NCBI GenBank assembly: GCA_963828165.1
Contig: CAWHDR010000001.1
Coordinates: 1,184,001 to 1,248,000, forward strand
From: an uncultured Chloroflexia bacterium
GTDB lineage: Bacteria > Chloroflexota > Limnocylindria > Limnocylindrales > CSP1-4
Reading direction: 5' to 3'
Length of the DNA stretch: 64,000 nucleotides
Positions 17,120-26,772 of the stretch are shown piece after piece (position 1 is the stretch's first letter; each line of letters starts with the position of its first letter). Under the pieces are notes generated by a model that saw only the letters and a list, made by a program, of their open reading frames with translations, was not told where the DNA came from and did not search any database. The position numbers and the translations under genes were made by a program.

Positions 17120-19782
17120 CCGACACCCTGGCCCGTCCACCCGGCCGCACCGCCACGACCGCACCGTCGGCTCCCGAGTCGTCCGCGGAGTCGCTCGCCG
17201 ATCGCCTGCTGGACACGCAGTCGCCGCAGCGCCCCCAGTCGACGCCGCGGATCCGCATCGAGGTCGACGGCCGCGTCGTCGAGGGCTTCGAGGGTCAGAC
17301 GATCCTCGAGGTCTGCCGCGACAACGGGATCGAGATCCCGACGCTGTGCTACGAACCCAAGCTGCCTGGCTTCGGTGCCTGCCGGATGTGCGTCGTCGAG
17401 GTCGAGGGCGAAGAGCACCCGCCGATCTCCTGCTCGCGCACCTGCGAGCCGGAGATGAAGGTCCAGACCCAGACCGAAACGGTCCGCCGCCTGCGCCGGA
17501 CGAACCTCGAGCTGATCTTCAGCGATCACAACGCGTACTGCCTGCCGCCATGCCAGAACAAGTGCCCGAGCCACATCGACATCCCGGGCTTCCTCAAGGC
17601 CAACGCCGAGGGCAACTTCCGCGAGTCGGCCCGCATCTTCAAGCGGACGATCCCGTTCCCATCCGTCCTCGGGCGGGTCTGCCCGGCACCGTGCGAGGAG
17701 CACTGCCGGCGCGACGAGGTCGATGAGGCGATCGCCATCCGCGATACGCACCGCTACGCCGGCGACCAGGTCCTCAAGGCGCAGCTGGACGACGGGATCG
17801 ATCCGCCGGTCCCGTTCGAACAGCAGACGAAGTCCGGTCGCACGGCCGCGGTCATCGGTTCCGGACCGGCCGGCATGGCCGCCGCGTATTACCTGCTGAT
17901 CGCCGGCCACGACGTCACGGTCTTCGAGCGCGACCCGGCACCCGGCGGCATGCTCCGCTACGGCATCCCGCAGTACCGCCTGCCCAAGGTCGAGGTCCTC
18001 GAGGCCGAGTACGAGTCGGTCATGCGCCTCGGCGCGAAGATGGTCACCAACGCCGGGCTCGGGCGCGATTTCACGCTCGACGACCTGACGATGCAGGGCT
18101 TCGACTCGGTCGTCGTGGCCATCGGCTGCTACGACACGAACAAGCTCGGGATCCCGAACGAGGACGCCGACGGCGTCATCGATGGGCTCGAGTACCTGCG
18201 CACGGCGACGCTCGGCCTGCCCTACCCCGACCACGTCGGCAAGCGCGTCGTGGTCATCGGCGGCGGCTTCACCTCGATGGACTGCTCGCGGACGTCGGTC
18301 CGCCAGGGCGCCGGCGAGGTCACGCTCGTGTACCGCCGCGACATGAAGGACATGCCGGCGGCCGACGAGGTCCACGAGGCCATCGAGGAAGGCGTGACCG
18401 CGATCTTCCAGGCCGGACCGACGCGGGTCATCACGGACGAGAAGACCGGCAAGGTCACGGGCGTCGAGTTCATCCGCATGCAGCTCGGCGAGCCGGACGC
18501 GTCCGGCCGGCGCCGGCCGGAGCCAGCGCCCGGGACGGAGTTCACGATCCCGTGCGACCGGGTGTTGTTGGCCATCGGCCAGGGACCAGAGCTCGATTGG
18601 CTGGCCCAGCCCGGCAACGAGGGCCCCGAGGCCACCAAGCAGCGACGTCTCAAGGCCGACTCCGTGACGTTCTCGACGGGCCGTCCCGGCGTCTTCGGCA
18701 CCGGCGACGTGCGGATCGGCGCGGCGACGGTGGTCGAGGCGATCGCCGAAGGCCGGCGCGCTGCCTATGCCGTGGACGCCTTCCTGAAGGGCATGGATCT
18801 CGACGCGATCCGGACGCGCCAGACGCTGGCCGAGCCCCAGCCGGAGTTCCTGTCGATCGTGCCGTTCACGGCCGAGATGAAGGAATCTCGCTACCGGTTG
18901 CAGGCCCTGCCTGCCGAGATGCGCAACCGGAGCTACATCGAGTACGAGCTGCCCTACACGCCCGAGGCGGCCGTGGCCGAGTCGACCCGCTGCCTGCAGT
19001 GCACGTGCGAGGCCATCGGCTTCTGCGACCTGCGACGGCTGGGGATCGAATACGGCACCACGCTCAAGACCCTGGAGCCGCAGAACCACCAGGGCGCGGG
19101 CTACCGGTCGGTGACGGAGAACCGGTTCACGGGCATCAACCACGACTACATCCGCGACGATTCGCACGCGTTCATCCTGCGCGAGCCCTCCCGCTGCATC
19201 GACTGCGGGCGGTGCGCGAATGTGTGCGCCGAGGTCGTCGGCGCCGCGTGCTACGACTTCATGCGCATCGGCTTCGACACGCTCGTCACGACGCCACTCG
19301 ACATGAGCCTCAACGACACCCCGTGCGTGTCCTGCGGGCGCTGCGCCGAGACGTGCCCGACCGGCGCCTTGATGCCGAAACCGCGGGTGCTCGAGAAGTA
19401 CGAAGTCGACGAGAGCCGCTGCATCCTGTGCGGGATCTGCGTCGATGCCTGCCCGTACGACGCACTGCGCGACGGCGCGGACTTCGAGCTCGCGCACACC
19501 GGCCGCGACGAGCCGAACATCGACCTCATGGCGCTCGCGGCGATCGACCGCGAGACCGAGGTCACGTACATCCGCCGCGAGCGCGACTGGGCGACGCGAG
19601 CGGCGGCCGAGGGCAGGATCATCGACCCGGGGCGGATGCTGCCGATGCTGCCACCCACGATCTCGGGCGTTCCGACGCCTGGCGCGATCGGCGCGGGCGG
19701 GAATGGACATGGGGGCAATGGACACGACCACGGCCACGATCACGGAGCGGTCGCGGCCCTCGGTCCGGGCGGGCACGAGTAG
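17116..19782 (+). CDS. Multidomain FeS flavoprotein: NuoG-type [2Fe-2S] + GltD/NfnB-type FAD/NAD(P)H domain + NuoG-type [4Fe-4S] + NuoI C-terminal half + His-rich tail
   Basis: IPTLCY...GACRMCVVEV...ISC; PCQNKCP...GRVCPAPCEEHC; GSGPAG; GGGFTSMD, YRR; RCIDCGRCANVC, CVSCGRCAETCPTGAL; YEVDESRCILCGICVDACPYDAL..GADFELA. Confidence 0.9.
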   Translation: MTDTLARPPGRTATTAPSAPESSAESLADRLLDTQSPQRPQSTPRIRIEVDGRVVEGFEGQTILEVCRDNGIEIPTLCYEPKLPGFGACRMCVVEVEGEEHPPISCSRTCEPEMKVQTQTETVRRLRRTNLELIFSDHNAYCLPPCQNKCPSHIDIPGFLKANAEGNFRESARIFKRTIPFPSVLGRVCPAPCEEHCRRDEVDEAIAIRDTHRYAGDQVLKAQLDDGIDPPVPFEQQTKSGRTAAVIGSGPAGMAAAYYLLIAGHDVTVFERDPAPGGMLRYGIPQYRLPKVEVLEAEYESVMRLGAKMVTNAGLGRDFTLDDLTMQGFDSVVVAIGCYDTNKLGIPNEDADGVIDGLEYLRTATLGLPYPDHVGKRVVVIGGGFTSMDCSRTSVRQGAGEVTLVYRRDMKDMPAADEVHEAIEEGVTAIFQAGPTRVITDEKTGKVTGVEFIRMQLGEPDASGRRRPEPAPGTEFTIPCDRVLLAIGQGPELDWLAQPGNEGPEATKQRRLKADSVTFSTGRPGVFGTGDVRIGAATVVEAIAEGRRAAYAVDAFLKGMDLDAIRTRQTLAEPQPEFLSIVPFTAEMKESRYRLQALPAEMRNRSYIEYELPYTPEAAVAESTRCLQCTCEAIGFCDLRRLGIEYGTTLKTLEPQNHQGAGYRSVTENRFTGINHDYIRDDSHAFILREPSRCIDCGRCANVCAEVVGAACYDFMRIGFDTLVTTPLDMSLNDTPCVSCGRCAETCPTGALMPKPRVLEKYEVDESRCILCGICVDACPYDALRDGADFELAHTGRDEPNIDLMALAAIDRETEVTYIRRERDWATRAAAEGRIIDPGRMLPMLPPTISGVPTPGAIGAGGNGHGGNGHDHGHDHGAVAALGPGGHE

Positions 19783-19790
19783 GCCGGACG

Positions 19791-20384
19791 GTGCTCGCGA
19801 AGCTCGTCCCGATCCTCATCGCGCTCATCGTCATGGGCGCCGTCCTCGGCATCGCGGCCCTCATGCTGATCGTGCTTGGCCAGGACTGGGACGACGCACT
19901 CTTGTGGATCCTGTCCGCCGTGATGCTGGGCTCGGGGCTCCTGGTCGTGACGATGCGCGACATCATCCGCTGCGGCCTGGCGATGATCGTGTGCTTCCTC
20001 GCCCTGGCCGGGATCTACGTCCTGATGGGGGCGCCTTTGCTGGGGGCCGCCCAGGTCATCGTCTATATCGGCGCGATCAGCGTGCTGATCCTCTTCGCGA
20101 TCATGCTGACCCAGACCAAGGACGCCCCGAGCCGGCTGGTCTTCCAGACCCAGGCCGTGCCGGCGGCCATCGCGGCCGTCGTGGTCGCCATCCTCATCGC
20201 GCTGGCCGTGGCAGCGACCGACTGGGGTGAGCTGACCGAGCGTGTGCGCCTCGCCACGAGCAGGATGTCGGAGGTCCTGTTCGAGCAGTTCGTGTTCCCG
20301 TTCGAGATCGTCAGCGTCCTGCTGCTGGCGGCCGTGATCGGCGGCGTGTTCCTGGCCAAGCGCGAACCGGGCGGCCCGCCGTGA
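19791..20384 (+). CDS. nuoJ: NADH-quinone oxidoreductase subunit J
   Basis: [37 protein letters not shown]; GTG start inferred. Confidence 0.93.
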   Translation: MLAKLVPILIALIVMGAVLGIAALMLIVLGQDWDDALLWILSAVMLGSGLLVVTMRDIIRCGLAMIVCFLALAGIYVLMGAPLLGAAQVIVYIGAISVLILFAIMLTQTKDAPSRLVFQTQAVPAAIAAVVVAILIALAVAATDWGELTERVRLATSRMSEVLFEQFVFPFEIVSVLLLAAVIGGVFLAKREPGGPP

Positions 20385-20698
20385 GCGACAGCCTCGATGC
20401 GTACCTGATCCTGTCGGGGATCCTCTTCGCCATCGGTTCTTTCGGCTTCCTGGCCCGGCGTAACGCGATCAGCATGCTGATGTCGATCGAGCTGATGCTC
20501 AACGCCGTCAACCTCGCCATCGTGGCCTTTGCCGCGTTCAGTCCGGCCCTCGACGCACAGGCCCAGGGCTCGGTCATCGCCCTGATGGTCATGGCGGTAG
20601 CCGCCGCCGAGGCCACAGTCGGGCTGGCCATCGTCATCGCGATCTACCGGAACAAGAAGACCCCTCTCGTTGACGAATACGACGCGATGTCCCGGTGA
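20381..20698 (+). CDS. nuoK: NADH-quinone oxidoreductase subunit K
   Basis: [29 protein letters not shown]. Confidence 0.96.
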   Translation: MSDSLDAYLILSGILFAIGSFGFLARRNAISMLMSIELMLNAVNLAIVAFAAFSPALDAQAQGSVIALMVMAVAAAEATVGLAIVIAIYRNKKTPLVDEYDAMSR

Positions 20699-22701
20699 GC
20701 CTCGAGTCGCTGATCCCGCTGCTTGTCATCCTGCCCATCGCAGGCTTCGCGGTCACGGCGCTCGTCGGGCGACGGCTGGGCAAGCAAGCCCACTGGGTCC
20801 CGGTGCTCGTGATCCTCGGCGCGTGGGCCATCGCGATGGCCCTGGCCTTCCAGGTGCTGACGGGCGCCGCGCCGCTGCTTGAGGGATCCGAAGAGGCACA
20901 CGGGTACGCCCTTCACTGGTTCACCTGGATCCCGGCCGGCGACTTCGTCGTGGAGGTCGGCTTCGTCGTTGACTCGCTGACGGCGTGCCTGCTGATCGTG
21001 GTCACGACGATCGGGCTGCTCGTCCACATCTATTCGGTCGGCTACATGAGCCACGACCCGGGGTACTGGCGCTTCTTCGCCTACCTGAACCTGTTCATGT
21101 TCTCGATGCTGCTGCTGGTCCTCGCGGATTCTTGGCTCGTGGTGTTCGTGGCGTGGGAGCTGGTCGGCCTGTGCAGCTACCTGCTCATCGGCTTCTGGTA
21201 CCGCAAGCGCTCGGCCGCGCTGGCCGCCAAGAAGGCGTTCATCGTCAACCGCGTCGGCGACATCGGTTTCGCGCTCGGGATCATGGCCATCTGGGTCAAC
21301 ACCGGCGCCGTGGGCGAGGCGACGCTGAACATCCGCGAGTCCATCCATACGATGCTCGAGGCGGGCGATGCCAACCCGATCCCGCTCTTCGCGACCGCGT
21401 TGCTCGTGTTCGCCGGAGCCATGGGCAAGAGCGCCCAGTTCCCGCTCCACGTCTGGCTCCCCGACGCGATGGAGGGCCCGACCCCGGTGTCGGCGCTCAT
21501 CCACGCGGCCACCATGGTCAACGCCGGCGTGTACCTGGTCGCCCGGGCGAACGAGCTGTTCGCCTCCGCCCCCGACGCGATGGTCATCGTCGCCGCGATC
21601 GGCATCTTCACGGCCATCCTCGCGGCGACGATCGCCATGACCCAGACGGACATCAAGCGGGTCCTCGCCTATTCCACGCTGAGCCAGCTCGGCTACATGT
21701 TCGCGGCGCTCGGGGTGGGCGCGTTCACCGCGGCGATCTTCCACCTCATGACCCACGGCTTCTTCAAGGGCCTGCTGTTCCTGGGTTCCGGTTCGGTCAT
21801 CCACGCCGTCCACGAAGAGCAGGACATGCGCCGGATGGGGGGCCTCGCCTCGAAGATCCCCATCACCTACGCGACGATGTTCATCGGCTCCATCGCGATC
21901 GCCGGCATCCCGCCGCTGGCAGGCTTCTTCAGCAAGGACGAGATCCTGGGTGAGGCCTTCAAGTTCGGCTTCTACTGGGTCTGGGGGATCGGCCTGTTCG
22001 TCGCGTTCCTGACGGCCTTCTACATGTTCCGGCTGATGGGTTTGACGTTCTGGGGCGCGTTCCGAGGTCCCAAGGAGCTCTGGGACCGCATCCACGAGTC
22101 ACCGCGGGTGATGACCGTGCCGCTCATCCTGCTGGCGATCCCGTCGATCTTCCTGGGCATGGTGCTCGGCCTCCCGCTCGGCGACAGCACCCTCCATCAC
22201 TGGCTGGAACCGGTCTTCCACCATTCGACCGAGGAACTGCTCCACCTCCCGCACGAGCCGTACGCGCTGTTCGGCATCGACGGCGGGCTGATCCTTGCGA
22301 GTGTCACGGTCGCCGCGATCGGCGTGGCCCTGGCCTGGCGCCTGTTCGGAGCCGACGTCGGCGCGCTGCGCCTGCCGGCCCGACCCGAGCGGGTGCGCGA
22401 GATCAGCTCACGTCCCGGCCTCTCGTTCCTCTATCGGGCATCGCTCAACAAGTGGTGGTTTGACGAGCTCTACCACTTGCTGTTCATCGTTATCGGTGGT
22501 CGGATCGCGGCGGCGATGTGGTGGTTCGATCGGGAGGTCGTCGACGGGACCGTGAACGATGTCGGCCGGGCCACGGTCGGTGCGGGGCGCGGGCTGCGGC
22601 GCGTGCAGACCGGTCGAGTCCAGAACTACGCGCTCGGGATCGCCCTCGGCCTGATCGTCATGGCTGGTTCCTACCTGATCCTCGTGGGGAACCCGCGATG
22701 A
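20695..22701 (+). CDS. nuoL: NADH-quinone oxidoreductase subunit L
   Basis: [54 protein letters not shown]. Confidence 0.97.
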   Translation: MSLESLIPLLVILPIAGFAVTALVGRRLGKQAHWVPVLVILGAWAIAMALAFQVLTGAAPLLEGSEEAHGYALHWFTWIPAGDFVVEVGFVVDSLTACLLIVVTTIGLLVHIYSVGYMSHDPGYWRFFAYLNLFMFSMLLLVLADSWLVVFVAWELVGLCSYLLIGFWYRKRSAALAAKKAFIVNRVGDIGFALGIMAIWVNTGAVGEATLNIRESIHTMLEAGDANPIPLFATALLVFAGAMGKSAQFPLHVWLPDAMEGPTPVSALIHAATMVNAGVYLVARANELFASAPDAMVIVAAIGIFTAILAATIAMTQTDIKRVLAYSTLSQLGYMFAALGVGAFTAAIFHLMTHGFFKGLLFLGSGSVIHAVHEEQDMRRMGGLASKIPITYATMFIGSIAIAGIPPLAGFFSKDEILGEAFKFGFYWVWGIGLFVAFLTAFYMFRLMGLTFWGAFRGPKELWDRIHESPRVMTVPLILLAIPSIFLGMVLGLPLGDSTLHHWLEPVFHHSTEELLHLPHEPYALFGIDGGLILASVTVAAIGVALAWRLFGADVGALRLPARPERVREISSRPGLSFLYRASLNKWWFDELYHLLFIVIGGRIAAAMWWFDREVVDGTVNDVGRATVGAGRGLRRVQTGRVQNYALGIALGLIVMAGSYLILVGNPR

Positions 22702-24359
22702 CGCTCAACGCGTTCCCGATCCTGTCGCTGGTCACGTTCCTGCCGTTGGTCGGGGCCTTGGTGGTGGCGATCCTGCCCTCCAGGTTCACCCGACCGGTCG
22801 CGCTCGGTTTCGCGCTCGCGGCGTGGGTGGTCTCGCTGCTCCTGCTGATCGGCTACCTGCCCGGGCGGCTGGGCACGCAGTTCCTGTACGTCGAGGTGTA
22901 CGACTGGATCCCGATCTTCGGCATCCAGTACAAGCTCGGCGTCGATGGGTTATCGGCCGCCCTGGTCGTGCTCACGACCACGCTGACCTGGATCTCCATC
23001 CTGGCGAGCTGGAAGCCGATCCAGACCCGGATCAAGGAATACATGATCAGCTTCCTGGTCCTCGAGGTGGGGATGATCGGCGTCTTCCTCGCCCTGGACA
23101 TGTTCCTGTTCTACATCTTCTGGGAGATCGTCCTGGTCCCGATGTACCTGATCATCGGCATCTGGGGCGGCGCGAACCGGATCTACGCGACGATCAAGTT
23201 CGTCCTGTACACGCTCGTCGGGTCGCTCCTGATGCTCGTGGCCATCCTGGCGACGGCATTCGCCTACCAGGCGGCCAACGGCGGCTCGTGGGTCGGCGCC
23301 TTCGACTTTGAGACGTTGCGCACGTTTGCCAGCGGCGGCGGCTTCTCGCCGGCCCTCCAGGTGGGTGCCTTCCTGGCCTTCTTCCTGGCGTTCGCGATCA
23401 AGGTCCCCATGTTCCCGTTCCACACGTGGCTGCCCGACGCGCATACCGAGGCGCCGACCGCGGGCTCGGTGATCCTGGCCGCGATCATGCTCAAGCTCGG
23501 CGCGTACGGGTTGATCCGCTTCGCGGTGCCGCTGTTCCCGGACGCGGCCCTGACGTTCGCGCCGGTCGTGATCGTGCTCTCGCTGATCGCGATCATCTAC
23601 GGGGCGATCGTGGCGCTCGTCCAACCGGACCTCAAACGGCTCGTGGCCTTCTCATCGGTCAGCCACATGGGCTTCGTGACGCTGGGCCTGTTCGTCTTCA
23701 CGGAGCAGGGCGTCCAGGGCGCGATCCTCCAGATGATCAACCACGGACTCATCACGGGTGGCCTGTTCCTCCTGGTCGGCGTCATCTACGAGCGGACCCA
23801 CGACCGGACGATCGCGAAGATGGGCGGGCTCGCGGCGCGGATGCCAGTGTGGGCCGCCGTGTTCGGGTTCTTCGCCTTCGCGTCTGGCGGGCTGCCGGGC
23901 CTGTCCGGCTTCGTCGGGGAGTTCCTCACGCTGGTCGGGACGTTCGACGTCAGCCCGCTGGGCGCGACGATCGCGGCCTTCGTGATGGTTCTCGCGGCGG
24001 GGTACCTGCTGTACATGTACGGGCGCATCGTCTTTGGCGAGGTCTCCGGGTTCATCGCAGGCCTTGGGAATCACCTGGCGGACATGACCCCGATCGAAAC
24101 GCTGACCCTTGTGCCGCTGGCGACGCTGATCGTCGTGTTCGGCTTGCAGCCGGGGCTGCTGCTCGACCTCGTGCGGGGGACGGTGCGTGAGACGCTGGGT
24201 GCCGCGTCGACGGGCGCGCCCCTGTCGGTCGGCCCAGAAGTCGTGCTGATCGGTGTCGCCATCGTCGTGCTGGCCGTGATCGCCCGGATCGCGTTCGCCC
24301 TGCGACCGGGGCGGTCGGAGCCCGCAGGGACCGTGGCCGCCGAAGGCGGCGCCCATTGA
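22698..24359 (+). CDS. nuoM: NADH-quinone oxidoreductase subunit M
   Basis: FYIFWE..LVPMY, KVPMFPFHTWLPDAHTEAPT, LKRLVAFSSVSHMG, GLPGLSGFVGE. Confidence 0.96.
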   Translation: MTLNAFPILSLVTFLPLVGALVVAILPSRFTRPVALGFALAAWVVSLLLLIGYLPGRLGTQFLYVEVYDWIPIFGIQYKLGVDGLSAALVVLTTTLTWISILASWKPIQTRIKEYMISFLVLEVGMIGVFLALDMFLFYIFWEIVLVPMYLIIGIWGGANRIYATIKFVLYTLVGSLLMLVAILATAFAYQAANGGSWVGAFDFETLRTFASGGGFSPALQVGAFLAFFLAFAIKVPMFPFHTWLPDAHTEAPTAGSVILAAIMLKLGAYGLIRFAVPLFPDAALTFAPVVIVLSLIAIIYGAIVALVQPDLKRLVAFSSVSHMGFVTLGLFVFTEQGVQGAILQMINHGLITGGLFLLVGVIYERTHDRTIAKMGGLAARMPVWAAVFGFFAFASGGLPGLSGFVGEFLTLVGTFDVSPLGATIAAFVMVLAAGYLLYMYGRIVFGEVSGFIAGLGNHLADMTPIETLTLVPLATLIVVFGLQPGLLLDLVRGTVRETLGAASTGAPLSVGPEVVLIGVAIVVLAVIARIAFALRPGRSEPAGTVAAEGGAH

Positions 24360-25852
24360 TCGCCCAGGACTTCGTCACGATCTCCCCGCTTATCGCGGCC
24401 GTGCTGACGGCCGCCGCGGTCCTCGTCGCGGACCTGATCCGGCCCGGCCGTTCCGGCCCCTCGGTCGCGACCGCGCTCATCGGACTCGCCCTGACGGCGC
24501 TGATCACGCTGTCCGTCGGCAGCACGGAGGCCACGGCCTTCGGCGGCTCGTACACGGTCGACCCGCTGACCACGTTCCTCGACATCCTGTTCATCGCCGT
24601 GATCGTGATGACGATCCTGTTCGCCCCCGATTACCTCCTGCCACGCGGGCTGCCGGTGGCGGAGTTCGCGACCGTGCTGATCTTCGCGATGAGCGGCGCG
24701 ATGCTGCTCGCCGGCTCCAGCGACCTGCTGCTGCTCTTCCTCGGCCTCGAGCTCATGGTCCTCCCGGGCTACCTTCTCGCCGGCTTTCACAAGACCGATG
24801 GCTTTTCGACCGAGGGCGCCATCAAGTACTTCCTGCTCGGCTCGTTCAGCTCGGCGATCTTCCTGTTCGGGCTGGCCTTCGTGTGGGGTTTGACCGGGAC
24901 GACGCTCGTGGCCGGTCCGGACGGCATCGCGGCCAGGCTGGCGGCGATCGTCGCGGGTGAGGCGCCGCTGTCCGCGGGCCTGGCGATGGGCCTCGCGTTC
25001 ATGACGACGGGTGTCGCATTCAAGATCGCGGCCGTGCCGTTCCACTACTGGACACCAGACGCGTACCAGGGCTCGCCGACACCGGTCACCGGCTATCTCT
25101 CGGTCGGCCCCAAGATCGGCGCGTTTGCCCTGATCCTGCGGCTGTTCGTGGAAGCGCTTGGGCCGCTTGCCGACGTGTGGCTCCCGGTCGTCATCATCCT
25201 GGCCGCGTTCACGATGACGCTGGGCAACCTCGTGGCCCTCACGCAGGACAACGTCAAGCGGATGCTTGGCTACAGCTCCATCGCGCACACCGGCTACATG
25301 CTCGTCGGGCTCGCCGCGTACGCGGCCGGCGAGCTCCAGGGCCTGTCGGGCCTGCTCTTCTATCTCGCCGCCTACGCATTCATGAACCTCGGGGCGTTCG
25401 CCGTGATCGCCGCGCTCCAGAAGCGCGCCGGGGTGACCTCTCAGCTCGACACGTTCGCCGGGCTCGGCCGGCGGGAGCCGCTCCTGACCGTGCTCATGAC
25501 GCTGTTCCTGCTGTCGCTCATCGGGATCCCGCCGACCGCCGGGTTCTTCGCCAAGTACGAGATCATCGTGGCCGCGGTGCAGGCCGGCGGGGCGCTGACG
25601 TGGCTCGCGGTCCTGGTGGTCCTCAATGCCGCAGTGGCCGCCTTCTACTACCTGCGGGTCGTCGTCTACATGTTCATGCGCGATCCCGCGACCGACGCAC
25701 CGGCGCTCCGCCACGGCGCGCTGATGTGGGGTGGCCTCGCGGCCGCGACCGTCCTGACGATCCTCCTGGGGCTGTTCCCGACGGCGCTGCTCGGGATCGT
25801 CGACCAGGCTGCGCAGGCGCTCCTGGGCACGGCGGGCATCGCGGGGACCTGA
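24356..25852 (+). CDS. nuoN: NADH-quinone oxidoreductase subunit N
   Basis: EGAIKYFLLG, FKIAAVPFH.WTPD.YQGSPT, KRMLGYSSIAH.GY, GIPPTAGF.AK. Confidence 0.96.
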   Translation: MIAQDFVTISPLIAAVLTAAAVLVADLIRPGRSGPSVATALIGLALTALITLSVGSTEATAFGGSYTVDPLTTFLDILFIAVIVMTILFAPDYLLPRGLPVAEFATVLIFAMSGAMLLAGSSDLLLLFLGLELMVLPGYLLAGFHKTDGFSTEGAIKYFLLGSFSSAIFLFGLAFVWGLTGTTLVAGPDGIAARLAAIVAGEAPLSAGLAMGLAFMTTGVAFKIAAVPFHYWTPDAYQGSPTPVTGYLSVGPKIGAFALILRLFVEALGPLADVWLPVVIILAAFTMTLGNLVALTQDNVKRMLGYSSIAHTGYMLVGLAAYAAGELQGLSGLLFYLAAYAFMNLGAFAVIAALQKRAGVTSQLDTFAGLGRREPLLTVLMTLFLLSLIGIPPTAGFFAKYEIIVAAVQAGGALTWLAVLVVLNAAVAAFYYLRVVVYMFMRDPATDAPALRHGALMWGGLAAATVLTILLGLFPTALLGIVDQAAQALLGTAGIAGT

Positions 25853-25856
25853 GCCC

Positions 25857-25873
25857 GGCCGCCCGTGGCGGCC
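25857..25873. terminator. GC hairpin between convergent nuoN and otsB
   Basis: GGCCGCC-CGT-GGCGGCC; no U-tract. Confidence 0.35.
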
Positions 25874-25875
25874 CG

Positions 25876-26772
25876 CTAGAGACGTTGCGCCAGGGCGAGG
25901 AGCAGCCGACCGACCTCACGTGGCGACCCGAGGTAGAGGTCGGCGAGCCCGAGGAGCTCGGCAGGAGCCGGCTTGGTGGCACCTTGGACGGCCACGGTCG
26001 TCGCGGCGAGGGTCGCATCCTGCTGCCGAGCCGCGATCACGGCCTCGAACGCGTCCACGTCGCTCAATTCGTCGCCAAGGACCACCACGGCGCCCGGCCG
26101 GTGTCGCTCGAGCAGTCGCTCGACCGCCTCGCGCTTGCCGCCGGCATGGGCCGGACGCAGGTCCACGACCGACCGGCCACGGTAATGGGCGAGGCCGTGG
26201 TCGCGGATCCCCTCACGCGCCTCGACCGTCGCGATCGCGGCGACCACCGCCGCCCGCGCCGCGTCGACATCGTCGGCCTGGCGAACGTGGAACGCCACCG
26301 ACGGCCCCTTCCGCTCCACGAACAGCCAGGGCGGCGAGCCCAGCTCGTCCGCGACGGCGTCGGCCAGGCTCGCCGCTGGATCGCGGTGGGTATCGAAGGC
26401 CGGATCGGTGACCACCGGCAGGTGCTCCGCCCGCGCCCCGCGCGCCAGCGTTCCGTGCTCGAGGCCATGGTCGCCCAGGTACTCGACGCCACCGACCCGG
26501 ACGCGGGCCGCGACGTCCGACACGACCCGCCCGGTCAGGACCACGACGTGGACGCGGGCAGGTCGCTCGGTCGCGACCCGCGCGAGTGACCGCAGGCCGC
26601 GCTGGGCGACGGGCTCGATGAACGCCACCGCGGGGTCGCGCGCGCCGACGGCCAGCGTTCCGTCGAAATCGGCCACCACGAGTAGCGGGGGCGGAGCGGC
26701 GGCCAGGTGGTCCAGCGCTCGGGCGACGTCGGCCGCCGACGAGATCGGCGGCGGCCCGTCGGCCGCGGTCAC
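25876..26772 (-). CDS. otsB: Trehalose-6-phosphate phosphatase (HAD IIB)
   Basis: DFDGTL, LTGR, G.HGLE, VERKGPSVAFHVR, GDELSDVDAF. Confidence 0.88.
   Translation of the reverse strand: MTAADGPPPISSAADVARALDHLAAAPPPLLVVADFDGTLAVGARDPAVAFIEPVAQRGLRSLARVATERPARVHVVVLTGRVVSDVAARVRVGGVEYLGDHGLEHGTLARGARAEHLPVVTDPAFDTHRDPAASLADAVADELGSPPWLFVERKGPSVAFHVRQADDVDAARAAVVAAIATVEAREGIRDHGLAHYRGRSVVDLRPAHAGGKREAVERLLERHRPGAVVVLGDELSDVDAFEAVIAARQQDATLAATTVAVQGATKPAPAELLGLADLYLGSPREVGRLLLALAQRL

Noticed and set aside
16741-19776. 1011-aa minus-strand ORF
   Set aside because: Antisense shadow of the well-supported FeS flavoprotein; no recognisable motifs; long shadow ORFs are expected at high GC.
17116-19782. 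Glutamate synthase small subunit, formate dehydrogenase or FeFe-hydrogenase
   Set aside because: No gltB nearby, no molybdopterin domain and no H-cluster motifs; the gene is embedded in the nuo operon and ends in NuoI-like sequence.
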